64,000 bases of DNA from Eledone cirrhosa (taxonomy: Eukaryota): NCBI GenBank assembly GCA_964016885.1, contig OZ024755.1, forward strand, positions 29,636,001-29,700,000, in the 5' to 3' direction. Shown in pieces: positions 1 through 18,592 of this stretch. The notes below the pieces were generated by a model. It was not told the origin of the DNA, ran no database searches, and saw only the letters and a list, made by a program, of their open reading frames with translations. Positions within the stretch are counted from its first letter, which is position 1. The number at the start of each line of letters is the position of its first letter. Made by a program: the position numbers and the translations under genes.

Positions 1-1515
<1,515 letters not shown>

Positions 1516-1925
1516 TGGTGGCTGCCAACTCGTTTTCGAGTACGGCCACAACTTTATATCCATGTAGGAGAACCCCTACCGATGCGCTGAACGAATGTGA
1601 CTTTAGTCCAGCCAGCGACTTGAAAACTCTGGTACAAAGACTACACTTGTGACCATTATTGACACATAGTGCAGGGCCCATGGTACCATGTGATGACAAG
1701 TGCAGAGAGATCTCCAGATATAAAGCAATGCCTGTGCTGTGAAGCTTTTATAGTGAGCAAAGGCACTGCACAAAGCCAGTCCCACTCTCTTAACCAAGAT
1801 GATATTTACCAAAAAGAAGAACAGGTCAACATCATTGGATACCATCAGGGTTGCAGGTGTTATATCAGAGTTTTCCTTCTCCTAGAATTCTGCCTTGACA
1901 AAGGCTAAGGGGTCATCTCTCCCGG
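1516..1925 (-). mobile_element. RTE-derived non-autonomous retroposon, copy 1 (5'-truncated)
   Basis: Near-identical to 56712-57140 and to the reverse complement of 49103-49515. All copies share the end ...gttggcagccaccat next to a (TATG)/(TA) tract. Contains ctaggagaaggaaaactctga, a motif I recognise from RTE 5' UTRs. Confidence 0.7.
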
Positions 1926-2228
1926 ATATATATATACATATACATATATATATATACACATATATATATACACATATACATATATATATATATACACATA
2001 TATATATACACATATATATACATATATATATACATATATATATATACATATATATATACACATATATATATACATATACATATATATATACATACATACA
2101 TATATATATACATACATATATACATATATATATACATATATATATATATACACATATATATATACATATATATATACATATATATATACATACATACATA
2201 TATATACATATATATATATACATATATG
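1926..2228. repeat. (AT)n/(ATAC)n microsatellite
   Basis: Seen directly; source of the spurious IYIY ORFs. Confidence 0.97.
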
Positions 2229-2231
2229 TAG

Positions 2232-3765
2232 GAGGTGAGTTTTATTGTAGTACAATAAAGCAATGCAGATATCGGATAAGAAGCACTCTACAATTTGTAG
2301 GACTGGAGTATACATAATATAAGATCAAAAGATGGTTAAAGGAGTTCCATGTATTTTATTATGCGCATTTCAAAAACAAACATCATCATGCAATAATATT
2401 TGTGTTTTCATCAGATAAAACAAGAGAACATGATATGAAGGCTAAAAAACACTTGTGGATAGTGCAGTTTTAAATCAACATATGAAAAGTGGTTTTAGAT
2501 TGATGTGTGATATTGGGAAAAATATTTTATTTAGAGAGGGGGGGTGGAAAGGATGAAAAAGGGAGGAGATGAGAGTGAAGGTGGAGAGGGAGAGATGGGT
2601 GATAGAGAGAAAGAGATAGTTTTTATAACTGAGAGAAGATATATTGTTTTACATAGAGACATTGAAAACCGTTGGAAGATAATGTATAAATTAAAAGAAT
2701 TTGAAAATTAACGAAGGGAAAAATATGTACGAGGAAAAAATATGTTATTTAGGGAGGGGGTGGAAAAGATGAAAAAAGGGAGTAGATGAGAGTGAAGGTG
2801 GAGAGGGAGAGATGGGTGATAGAGAGCAAGAGATAGTTTTTATAACTGAGAAAAGATATATTGTTTTACATATCAAAAGATATATTGTTTTACATATATT
2901 GTTTTACATATCAACCGTTGGAAGATAATGTATAAATTAAAAGAATTTGAAAATTAACGAAGGAAAAATATGTACGAGGAAAGAAAGGGAGTTTATGTAT
3001 GAAGATAGAGAGAAAAAATAATAATTGCGGATGAATATTCTAACGTCAAAAAGGTGTGTGTTGATAAGTATTGTGGCAATTTCAAAATTAACGAAGAGAA
3101 AAAATTATTAAGGTTTGTGTGTAGAAGGATTTGAGAAAGATAATGTGAAGTTAAAGTTTGTATATTGAAGGAATTGATAATATGTGCGAAGAAAGAGTTA
3201 ATATGTATTAAACAATTATTAAGGTTTGTGTATTAGATGATTTGAGAAAAATAATGTGAAGTTAAGGTTTGTATATTGAAGAAGTTGATAATATGTGCGA
3301 AGAAAGAGTTAACATGTATTAAGAATGAGTTCGTTGATGGGGCGAAAAAAATAATAAATTAAGGATGAAATTGAGATTAAAAAGTTTTATGAAAGAGAGA
3401 AAAAATAATAATAATTGCGGATGAATATTCTAACTTCAAAAAAACAAATGTATATGTTATGAAGGATTTTACAAGGTGAAGATAGAATGAGGGTAATGAG
3501 TAAACAAGTATTGTAGAGTGTATAATGCCCTTTGAAGTAAGGTAGGAAGATGGGTATATTTTAAAGAGGTGTATGTATATGTGCCTTTGAGAAAAGATTC
3601 TAAATTGATAAAGAATTGAATATTAGCTGTATACTTTGTGAAAGGTCCTATGGAATTTATGCAGGCAGATAGAAAAACAAATCTGTACGTCTATTTATTA
3701 TAGAATCTAGATTAGAGATAATGGTAAATTTTTCATTTAGGCAGAGATTACAGATTTTAGATAGT
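2232..3765 (-). mobile_element. 5'-truncated Penelope-like element: GIY-YIG C-terminus, ~1.3 kb 3' UTR with internal duplications, terminal hammerhead
   Basis: Minus strand 3765-3660 reads [30 protein letters not shown], matching NKFCNLCILETHNIIFSNRNLLNKKSEVFA of the large PLE. HHR at 2354-2420. Both ends lie in (AT)n tracts. Internal direct duplications at ~2525-2740/~2745-2985 and ~3100-3210/~3215-3320. Confidence 0.75.
2354..2420 (-). ncRNA. Type I hammerhead ribozyme
   Basis: Minus strand: ttttat CTGATGA aaac-acaaatattatt gcat gatgatgtttgt-tttt GAAA tgcgca TA ataaaa. Helix I is 6 bp, helix II is long, helix III is the palindrome atgcgcat, and the cleavage triplet is AUA. Confidence 0.85.
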
Positions 3766-8666
<4,901 letters not shown>

Positions 8667-8670
8667 CCCC

Positions 8671-10266
8671 ATGTCAACCAAGAACATACCAATACCATCC
8701 AGGAATACATATGAGAAATTGCTGATCAACAGTGTAAATTCATTTATCAATAGAGTGAGATGGAGGACATTCCATTATGATAGAAACAAATCTAACAACT
8801 TGAATAATACTAACAATTTTGACTCCTTCGGCTTTAAAACCTTTAAAAGCCCCCCTCATAACACTCTACTTAACTCCTTTGAAAATGACCTAGTTAAACT
8901 AGTTAAGAACATTAAATACAATAAGCACCATATTAGAAGCAACACCTTCTTAAACAAACTTAACACTTCTATTAGTGGATTCAAAACTAGTAATAAAATT
9001 ATTGTACACGCAGATAAAACTAATAACATATACAGCCTAGATTATATTACTTATAGAAAGTTTATATATAATGAACTACATAAAAGCTACAAAAAAACCA
9101 CCCTGAAAAACTTAGAAGATATTAATGTAGAGGGTTATAATATAGTGTCTAAACTAGGACTACAGAGGCATACACAACCTTTCACTCCGAACCCCCCTAG
9201 ATTCTCTCTGAAGGACCATAAGGAGAACTTCATCAGCAACCCCACGATAAGACTTATCTGCCCTTCCAAGTCCGACATTGGTATTATCAGCAAGAAGATT
9301 TTGGATAAAATCATCCCACAAATTAAACACAAGATACACCTTAAACAATGGGGAAATACGGGTGAAGTAATTGAATGGTTTAAGGATATCAAGAATAATA
9401 AGAACAAAAAATTTATTCAATTTGATATCAATTCATACTACACCTCTATTTCCCCTATCCTATTAAATAAGGCACTTATCATGGCCATGACCAATAGCGA
9501 CCTGACTAGAGCCCAGGTTGATGTCATCCTTGCGGCCCGTAAAACCATAATCACCTTCGAGGACCAACTATGGACACGCAAGGATACGCACAACAACTTC
9601 GACATAACCATGGGATCTAGTGACTCGGCGCAGGTCACTGATTTGGTCGGCCTATACCTCCTCAATGAAATCCATAAAGACCTCCCTTACCTCAACGGTG
9701 GTTTGTACCGCGATGATGCACTTCTACTCATAGAATATAAAAAATTTAATATAGAAAGAACTAGAAAACAACTGCATAAGACATTCAAAAACTTTAACCT
9801 TAGTATCACCATGGACAAAAACACTAAAAATGTTAACTTCCTAGACGCCACACTATACCTAGACTCAAAAATATATACACCTTTCCATAAGCCTAATGAG
9901 AAACTTATTTACGTAGATACCAAGTCTAATCACCCTAGATCAATATTAAACTCTATCTCTAAGGGGGTGTCCAATAGAATCTCTAGTCTGTCCTATGACG
10001 CAAACATATTTAGCAAAAACTCACAATATTACAATCAAGCATTAGCTAGCTCCGGCCATAATATAGAAATAGAGTTCCTACCTAAGAAAACACATAGCTA
10101 CAACATCATCTCGCACAACATGTCCATGAGGAAATCTAATAATAGGAATAGCAACCACAAGTACACCAAAGCGGAGGGTGCCACCGGAAGTAACCATTAC
10201 CATGGAAACTACTGTGAGGCCTTAGGAGGAAGCAACACACCAAACACTAAAAGCACCAAACACTAA
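8671..10266 (+). CDS. PLE reverse transcriptase (5' part of a frameshifted ORF)
   Basis: 531 aa with N-terminal STKNIPIP and RT motifs FDINSYYTSI, ITMGSSDS, LYRDD and VNFLDATL, plus thumb YVDTKSNHP. The premature TAA lies within a 16-bp duplication. Confidence 0.92.
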   Translation: MSTKNIPIPSRNTYEKLLINSVNSFINRVRWRTFHYDRNKSNNLNNTNNFDSFGFKTFKSPPHNTLLNSFENDLVKLVKNIKYNKHHIRSNTFLNKLNTSISGFKTSNKIIVHADKTNNIYSLDYITYRKFIYNELHKSYKKTTLKNLEDINVEGYNIVSKLGLQRHTQPFTPNPPRFSLKDHKENFISNPTIRLICPSKSDIGIISKKILDKIIPQIKHKIHLKQWGNTGEVIEWFKDIKNNKNKKFIQFDINSYYTSISPILLNKALIMAMTNSDLTRAQVDVILAARKTIITFEDQLWTRKDTHNNFDITMGSSDSAQVTDLVGLYLLNEIHKDLPYLNGGLYRDDALLLIEYKKFNIERTRKQLHKTFKNFNLSITMDKNTKNVNFLDATLYLDSKIYTPFHKPNEKLIYVDTKSNHPRSILNSISKGVSNRISSLSYDANIFSKNSQYYNQALASSGHNIEIEFLPKKTHSYNIISHNMSMRKSNNRNSNHKYTKAEGATGSNHYHGNYCEALGGSNTPNTKSTKH

Positions 10267-10270
10267 AAGC

Positions 10271-11122
10271 AAAAATAGAAGAAGAAATAATACATTTTTC
10301 AACCCTCCTTTCAACCTAAATGTCTCCACCAACATACCTAGGGCTTTCTTCTCACTACTAGATAAAAACTTCCCTCTAGGACACAAGTACCACAACCTCT
10401 TAAACAAAAACACCATTAAAATCTCATACTCTACGACGCCTAACTTAGCATACCACATAGCTAGCAGCAATAATAGTAAAATTAGTTCTTACTTCCAACA
10501 AACAAAATCACAACGGGATGCAAACCCTCTAAATACCACTGTAGCAAGCAACAATAGCAACGGCAGTAACAATAGAAATAACACTAGTATAAGTAATAAC
10601 ACCAGGGTTGTCAACCTGAACACCCAAAATCCTATATCCACCACACAGACTTCCGCATTGCATTATAACCAGCGGACTAACGCACAGAATAATTGTAACT
10701 GTAGAGCTAATAGAACCTGCCCCTTAGATAAAAAATGCCTAACCAAGGATGTCATATACTCATGCACAGTCACGACTAATAACTCTTCAGAAACCTATGT
10801 AGGCTCCACTTCTAACTGCTTCAAAATTAGATATAACTCGCACATCCACTCGTTCAAAAAGCACAGCCTAGCCAACTCCACCTCACTTTCTAGCTACATA
10901 CACTATCTAAAATCTAAAAATAAACCATACACACTCAAATGGGAAGTGATAGGCAGCGCGACCTCGTACAAACCACCTAATAAATTCTGTAACCTCTGTA
11001 TACTAGAGACACACAATATTATCTTCTCCAACCGTAACCTACTTAACAAAAAATCTGAGGTGTTTGCAACTTGCCAACACCGCCTCAGACATTCCTTCCA
11101 AAACTTTAAGCCCTATATATAG
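10271..11122 (+). CDS. PLE linker plus GIY-YIG endonuclease (3' part of the same ORF, +1 frame)
   Basis: Open from 10271 with no stop until 11120-11122: KNRRRNNTFFNPPF...LDKNFPLGHKYH...KISYS, an Asn/Ser-rich spacer, CNCRANRTCPL, VIY...YVGST...FKIRYNSH, CNLCILE. Confidence 0.9.
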   Translation, partial: KNRRRNNTFFNPPFNLNVSTNIPRAFFSLLDKNFPLGHKYHNLLNKNTIKISYSTTPNLAYHIASSNNSKISSYFQQTKSQRDANPLNTTVASNNSNGSNNRNNTSISNNTRVVNLNTQNPISTTQTSALHYNQRTNAQNNCNCRANRTCPLDKKCLTKDVIYSCTVTTNNSSETYVGSTSNCFKIRYNSHIHSFKKHSLANSTSLSSYIHYLKSKNKPYTLKWEVIGSATSYKPPNKFCNLCILETHNIIFSNRNLLNKKSEVFATCQHRLRHSFQNFKPYI

Positions 11123-12565
11123 CAATGTCGGACTGGAACCTAACACCACATCTAGCATCAAACACCAGAGACACACCCTATACTACATACCCAACACTAG
11201 CTGATCCATTATAACACAAACAACGACATCCCTCTGGAACCCTTCGCAGGGAAAATACCCATTTATACCTCTACGGCAGGTGTGACAACATCCACCCACC
11301 TGGACGGCACCACACCGCTCTAAGGGTAATTTGAGCATGAATTGATCGGTTGGATGGTGTTGGGCAGAGGAAACACCTTCCTTAGACAGATGTAAAATGA
11401 TTTAATCGAGTAGCGCTGTTGACCAGTAGGACCGGGCTGCTGAGCGCAGTGAGTGAATGCAATGCAACTGCCGTGCGGGTTGTACGTATATGGATGATCT
11501 GACGGTCAGAGAGGGGTCGCGAGGACTGCGGATTGACCTTTGGCCTGCCTGGGGACGATTATCTTTCGACATCCAATGTAGCAAGCGATGACCCAGATCT
11601 TACCAGAGATCATTGGGTCCTGAAGCAATCCTGCAATCACCGCGCCTGGTCATATGAGCAGACTACAACCACAGAGATCATTAATTTAGAATCCTCGCTC
11701 ATCATCTATAATTTCCATTTGTAGCACCTTAAGATGGGTTAATCCACCCTAATAATAATATGATCACCTTCAGCATAATTTAGTTAAACTACTCTATAGT
11801 TAGTGCACTTTATGCTTTAAAAGTCTCTCTTGGAAGGTGCACCTCACCATAGAGTTTAGGGTCCATATTGAGACACATTTTAATGGCTAGATATAGAAAC
11901 CCCAGAGTTACCTCCCCGCATGCATTAACTCCCCTTAGCCACACACACACTTCCGGTATTCAATGGCGTCTCTCGAAACATAACAACCTCCTGTATCGAA
12001 CTAAAGAACACCAGACTACGATCTCTAACTGGATTGTCGTGGATTATGTGAAAGGCATATAATCGAAATATACACTCCCTTGACCATGAAAATGCCGAAG
12101 TACATGAATTACTTGACATCCCTGCGTTGTGCATCTCCAATACTTATAACACTTTTAATGCTTGCACTATCTTTAATACTTATAATATTTCTCCACACAC
12201 AGACTACATCAATCATATAAAGACTTTGCCACCAGATCTACCAGCCTAACACTCTTATTTACCTACCTAAGTGCCTCTACCACACATATCTCTCTGCCAC
12301 ACTATATAAACAAGACGCACATGCGTGCCACACATATAACATTTGCACTATATAACCACTTATCTTCATGTTGTACTTTAACCTATATCTTTGATTTTTG
12401 ATTGTACCTATTAATATAAATGTAATCTCGAAGTGTGTACTGCCACTCTAAATTTTGTAATGAATGTTGATCCACAATGTTTGAATATGTATCAATGTTT
12501 GAATATGTATTGGTATGTCTCTCGGCTGAAAAGGAGGTCATATGACTGTCCATGCATTAATAAAT

Positions 12566-12612
12566 TGCTCCGAAGAATCCAAACCTCGGTTTGGAGGAAA
12601 CAGCTGTAAGCA
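12566..12612 (+). ncRNA. Minimal type I hammerhead ribozyme in the PLE 3' end (CCGAAGA core)
   Basis: tgct CCGAAGA a tccaaac ctcg gtttgga g GAAA cagctg TA agca. Helix III is the palindrome acagctgt; predicted cleavage after GUA (12608). Confidence 0.75.
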
Positions 12613-12813
12613 CAATAATGTTTTGAACAGTTCTTTGATTCTTATATTTCATATAACTGCTCTGTAAATCATCTGATGTTTTTACATTGAGCTACTTAAC
12701 TTACTGGTAATAAGGTAGTAATACATTACTGCCTACCACTATTTAGGGTGTGTGTAAAATACTTACAACTGCTTAAGGTTTTGTGTTTACATAACCATAA
12801 ATAGTATAACTAA

Positions 12814-12876
<63 letters not shown>

Positions 12877-12897
12877 CATATATATACATATATATAT

Positions 12898-13154
12898 AAT
12901 ACGATATATTAACAAATGGAAATTATATTTATAAAACCATATTTATTTCATTATACATATTTCAAGGACACCAAGTTAAATTATAGTGTGCTTTCATTCT
13001 TTAAGGGTATGTCAATATTTATTTATAAAACTGATCTATATTATATTTTATCCGATGAAAGCACACCATAATTTAACTTGGTGTTGTTGAAATATGTATA
13101 ATGAAATAAATATGGTTTTATAAATATAGTTTCCCTTTGTTAATATATCGTATT
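12898..13154 (+). mobile_element. Short PLE-type 3' end with 5' inversion; hammerhead at 13046-13106
   Basis: Arms at 12898-12998 and 13055-13154. ttttat CCGATGA aagcacacca..tggtgttgtt GAAA tatgta TA atgaaa. Related copies at ~13765-13870 (-) and ~21215-21355 (+). Confidence 0.7.
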
Positions 13155-13171
13155 TTTACTCCAATAATTTG

Positions 13172-13237
13172 TTGAGTGCTTTATATCAGTTATAAAAATA
13201 TTTGCTTGTTGTATCCCAACAATTTAAATAGAACTTT

Positions 13238-13302
<65 letters not shown>

Positions 13303-13368
13303 AGAGGTTCTATTTAAATTGTTGGGAACAACAAGCAAATATTTTGATAACTGATATAAAGCACTCAA
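13172..13368. repeat. ~65-bp inverted repeat enclosing an (AT)n tract
   Basis: ttgagtgctttatatcagtta...aaatagaac pairs with gttctattt...taactgatataaagcactcaa. A partial copy is at ~46737-46766. Confidence 0.8.
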
Positions 13369-13441
13369 TTCTGGAAAATCCAGACAGTTTCAAAATTGAG
13401 GGGATGTTTGCCCGGGCCAAAGCTCTTCAGTGGTAACAGAA

Positions 13442-13484
<43 letters not shown>

Positions 13485-13527
13485 CGCGTGAGTTTGTCGG
13501 TATTCTTAAATTAGAGACGTGTAAGTG

Positions 13528-13593
<66 letters not shown>

Positions 13594-13973
13594 ACGTGTC
13601 ACCATTTTTAAGTTAGAGACATATGTGTGTATCCCCTTGCTTCCTTGTACACACACATACATTCACACAAACACACACACACACATTTTGTGACTGACGG
13701 ATGGACAGAAGTCGCTCAAATTTATAGACACGTGAATAGAGTTCCAATGAAGCGGTTAGAGATGATATTAAATAAATGGAAACTATATTTATAAAACCAT
13801 ATTTATTTTATTATATATATCAAGGGTAACCAAGCCAACCTTGGTGCGCTTTCATCAGATAAAATACAAAGTTTGTTGTATAAATAAAGACCTACCCATG
13901 AAAATCATACCTTATCAGTCGGAAATTCACTGGATAGTGAATTATATATATATATATAATATATATATATAAT

Positions 13974-14005
<32 letters not shown>

Positions 14006-14923
14006 ATATATATATAATATATATATAGATATAGATATATAAGAGAAAGAAAGAAAAGAAAGAAAAGCTTGTATTTATATTACTATAGTGTGCATGAATT
14101 TAAACAGATTGAAACGTTAAGAATTAACAGTTTGTTGGAGTGGTGGAATATGATCCAGTATTTAAAAAAATATTTAGCTAAATTATGAGTTATAATATTA
14201 TATATATACTCAATTAGATTATATGAAGAATTATGGCTCTAAGTACATTTTATCTTATATTGCAACAGGGTGTAAGTATATAAATATCTATATAGATTAA
14301 TAAGTGTATAAATATAAATATTATTGGTGATTATATACATATAAAACACACGTATTAATTTGTTTACATTTCTAATATGAGTTACGAAGGATGTTCATTT
14401 TACATATATATTTAAGAAAAAGGCGTAGTTCAAATTATAAGAGAAGAACAATTTGTAGATTCAAATATTTACATCCAACATTGAAAATATTTACAGAACA
14501 TTATTAATTTAGCGAAATTACATAATTTATCATACAAGTTATTATGTCTATGTTTGCTCAATTGTAAAGGAAAAGATAACTCCAATATTATTTGTTAAAC
14601 TATTCAAATTAGATTTGATGAATAATTTTCTTAGAAAATGCGGAATGTATGTAGAGAAAATTATATATTATTTTGTGTGAGATTATAAGGTATGTTATAT
14701 TACATGTTTTCAAGGATGAGAATTTCAATGATATATATTGTTATACTTGGGGAGGGTCATATTGTTGTAATAATATTGTTGCCAGAAATAATAACAGAAC
14801 ACACTCACTGTTTGGGTGGTTTTCGGTTCTGTATCTTTTATATCTCCATAGTTAATTTATTTGGCAATCAACGATTATCATTGATTGAACAACGGTTAAA
14901 AATACAAATATAAATATATAGTC

Positions 14924-14967
14924 TATCAAAGTTCTTTCGTTGCACATCTGCAACATCTTCAGTGATA
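14924..14967 (-). ncRNA. Minimal type I hammerhead ribozyme
   Basis: tatca CTGAAGA t gttgca gatg tgcaac GAAA gaac TT tgata. Confidence 0.8.
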
Positions 14968-15060
14968 CTATTATGTTCTCTCCTATTGTATTATATTGTA
15001 ATGTCTACACCATTTGTATTACAATACAATACAATACAATAGGATGTAACATAATAATAG

Positions 15061-15104
15061 TACCACTGATGATGTTGCAGATGTGCAACGAAAGAACTTT
15101 GATA
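15061..15104 (+). ncRNA. Minimal type I hammerhead ribozyme
   Basis: tacca CTGATGA t gttgca gatg tgcaac GAAA gaac TT tgata, with one helix I mismatch. Confidence 0.75.
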
Positions 15105-15338
15105 GAATATATATATATATATTTATATCTGTATTTTTAACCGTTGGTCAGTCAATGATAAACGTTGATTGCCAAATAAATTAACTAGGGAGATATAAAA
15201 GATACAGAACCGAAAACCAGCCAAACAGTGAGTGTGTTCTGTTATTAATTCTGGTAATATCATTACAACGATATGACCCTCCCCAAGTATAACAATATTT
15301 GTTTCGCCACACGATTTCATATTAAAAAAACTTGCAAA

Positions 15339-15388
<50 letters not shown>

Positions 15389-15592
15389 CAAAACAAATAC
15401 AAAAACGAAGTACAAACACAAACACACAACTAATATACTTTTATCCACACGTTAATCACCTTCGGCTACGCCCCAGAAGAGATGGCTTATTCACAGCAGG
15501 GGGTGATATTCCCTTTCTGGAATTTGGTATCGAAACAGCAAGAGCTCAACTGTTGAGCCACGTCTCTCTATTATATATATATTTATATATAT

Positions 15593-15647
<55 letters not shown>

Positions 15648-15769
15648 TTAGTTAGTTCCGCAACAAATTAGCAAGCCATACTCGAGGACACGCGTCTCAG
15701 CCAACCGATTCACAACTGGAGTGAGGTTGTGCTGGAAACGGAAGTGTATATGAGCTGACTGGCTAGACT

Positions 15770-16430
15770 GTTGAAAGGAAGACGATTAAGTTAGTTCATT
15801 ACAGATAAAATCTAACCTGGGTCGTCATATGCAAATGATGCTAATGAGGTGGTGCTGTAATCAGAAGGGAGGTAGGCTTAAAAGGCGTAAAATCGTTGTC
15901 TCCAATTTGATCTTTTTACCAACCCTTACCTGGTGGACATCAATCTTGGGTAATGACCGAAAGCATACGATCACAAATACAAACGTCCCAAACGAGGTTC
16001 TTCCGAAAGGGTCTCTGGAGTAATGTTACTCGATAGAGTACGTAGCTCGGAGATCAGAGCCACTACTTCTCCGAATTGAGAGATCACAGCTCCCATACTA
16101 TGAGCATGTGGTTAGAACGTCTCAGGAAAGAATCACCTGACAGATTTATAGCAAGATCAGAGAGTCACTTCAGGTAGAACCGCTACTTCTCCGAATTGAG
16201 AGATCACAGCTCCCATACTATGGACATGTGGTTACAATGTGTCAGCAAAGAATCGCTGGACAGGTTTTACAGGCAAAGTCCACCGGCAGGAGGCCCACGG
16301 ACAGAAGGTTAGATAATATTCATGAGCTTGACTGGTCACACTTCGTGATCACCCGGATCAGTTGGGGACGGTTGCTTCTGACAGGACTTGTTGGATGAAG
16401 TGGTTCAGGATTCTGCCCCCACGACCGTCT
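15770..16430 (+). mobile_element. Degenerate RTE-clade LINE 3' fragment
   Basis: Fragments such as IERSQLPYYGHVVTMCQQRI and a 3' end ctgccccacgacc followed by a (GAA)n tail. Internal ~120-bp-period duplication (~16062-16150 and ~16182-16270). Confidence 0.65.
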
Positions 16431-16599
16431 AGAAGAAGAAGAAGAAGAAGAAGAAGAAGAAGAAGAAGAAGAAGAAGAAGAAGAAGAAGAAGAAGAAGAA
16501 GAAGAAGAAGAAGAAGAAGAAGAAGAAGAAGAAGAAGAAGAAGAAGAAGAAGAAGAAGAAGAAGAAGAAGAAGAAGAAGAAGAAGAAGAAGAAGAAGAA
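16431..16599. repeat. Pure (GAA)n trinucleotide tract, ~56 units
   Basis: Seen directly; probably an expanded RTE tail. Confidence 0.97.
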
Positions 16600-17171
16600 A
16601 AGTGTTAAGAGTAATATATGTAAATATGTGGTTATATTTACACACATACGCACGTGTGGACGCGTGTCGATATTTGTGTATATGTGTGTGCGTGTGTGGT
16701 GTGGCGTGTGCGTGTGCGTGTGCGTGTGCGTGTGCGTGTGCGTGTGCGTGTGTGTGCGTGTGTGTGTGGGTGGTGTGGTGGGTGTGTGGTGCGTGTGCGT
16801 GTGGTGTGGTGCATGTGCGTGTGGTGTGGTGGTGTGTGTTTGTGTTTGTGTTTTATACCAACAACTTCATTTAATATCTTTCCTGGCCTATTTCCAAATA
16901 TACTTTCAACCAATAAATTATTTGTCTTAAGAATACACTTGATGAATGAGCAAGAATATATCAGTGGCGTCAATGGTTTTTTACGTATGTATTTATTTTG
17001 CCTTTTAACCTTTTTACTTCAAGAGTCGCTGTTTCTCTTGATTACGTTACTTTGTGAATGTATCTAATCATATAAATTTTAATCCTGCGCATGTAACGAA
17101 ATTAGTGTTTCTATCTCGAAGACATTCTCTAACGGATTGAAAAATACCATACAGAGACATTTTATATATAT

Positions 17172-18079
17172 TCTAGCAGAATGGCCCGGCATTGCTCGGG
17201 CTTCTAAACATAGATTGGCATATTTATCCCTCCTTTCTGAAACAGTACAGAGAAGTACGGAATACCTCGGCCTGGGTCTGGGGATGGTTCTACATTTTGT
17301 GCTTAGGCAAATAATTTTCCATTAAGATTTTTCAAAAGCATGTAATTGCGTTCCCTCTCTTTTTTGTTGTTGTTTTTGCTGATGTTGTATGATAGTAGCC
17401 GTTGGTCGTACTACTAACACAGTCTCGTCCTTCTTCAGCCAATCGTGTATATCCCCTTCTGCCTCGTCTTCCTAAACAATGATTGTAGCACCTCCTTGTA
17501 CACAATGTTCCTTGTTCTTCCGTGTCGGGTATATGCAAAGAGATTTTTCTTGCTTCACACTCTTGAGCAGCCAACGTATAGTTGCCCGTGTGAAAAACAT
17601 GACTCTTCCAATAGAAGACCAGGTCTGAGCCTAGGATTTATTGATAGACATTGCAAAGCTGACACGCTTCGGCGAATGGTTCGTTGCTTGTCTGTTTCAA
17701 GTGCTCATCTGGTGGCAGTACGTTCAGCATCTTGCGACCGCTAAATAGCAGATTCCACTGACGATTCGTTTGCCCGCCTTGTTCTTTTTCTTGCCGCTTT
17801 CGAAGTATTTCGGCCAATGGAGTATCTCTTCCTTCGAGGCATGAGCTAAAAGCAGGACGAAGTACACTAAGACTAACTGGTAGAGTAAGGAGTAAACTCG
17901 TCAGTGATGCATGCGATTTTCGAACCGTTGACTATGTAATTGCTGGCCTTGTGCCAAAAGTAGTGGAACTTTTTGGGTGGCATATCGGCAATAACAATGA
18001 CGATAAGCCGTTTGTGCTCTCGTGAAATAAATACCTTTGTTTATATTTTGTTTTTGTGTATGCAAAAATATCTGTACAC

Positions 18080-18136
<57 letters not shown>

Positions 18137-18592
18137 ATTAAAATAACAGATTAAAGTTTAAGCAAAGATTCGCTGCTTTCACCCTTAACGGAATCTTCTG
18201 AAACTAAAAAAATCAATCTGTGAACACAAAAGTAAATATTTCGAAAAACGTTGCAACCGAAGGTAAACAGGAAGACGATACTTTGGTTCGTGAATACGTT
18301 CCCTGGCAATGAACGGAAAATAGCGAAGATAATACGTCAGCAATGAGAACAATGTTTTCATAATGTGGTAATGCAGACAGCCAGACATACGGACATATAT
18401 TATAAGGGCGCGTCGTTATAGCTATGTATCTATCTAAAAAGACAGACTACGAAAGAGAGAGAGATCGCTAACCGGCGCCTAACACCCCTTTAACAACAGA
18501 AAATTGAGAAATAAAAGCTGCAGTTAATATCTTTAGACCGCAAGGAATTTATAAATGCAAGTTTGAAGTCAATCGGAGTAGAAATGCCTATT

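Larger units (their letters stand above)
14735..15299. mobile_element. Head-to-head inverted pair of PLE 3' ends ('family A'), each with a hammerhead
   Basis: Arms at ~14735-15002 and ~15018-15299. HHRs at 14924-14967 (-) and 15061-15104 (+). Confidence 0.8.

Noticed and set aside
1603-1908. 79-80 aa ORFs repeated three times in the window
   Set aside because: They lie within a dispersed non-autonomous retroposon; recurrence reflects recent copying, not coding constraint.
10264-10266. Possible stop read-through or selenocysteine recoding as in Naiad PLEs
   Set aside because: The stop is TAA, the downstream domain is in another frame, and a 16-bp duplication explains it. The EN is C-terminal, unlike Naiads.
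14040-14730. Possible L1/Tx1-like 3' ORF remnant
   Set aside because: Too degraded and AT-rich to support by eye.
16358-16874. Poly-Arg, poly-Leu and poly-Phe ORFs
   Set aside because: Translations of the (GAA)n microsatellite.
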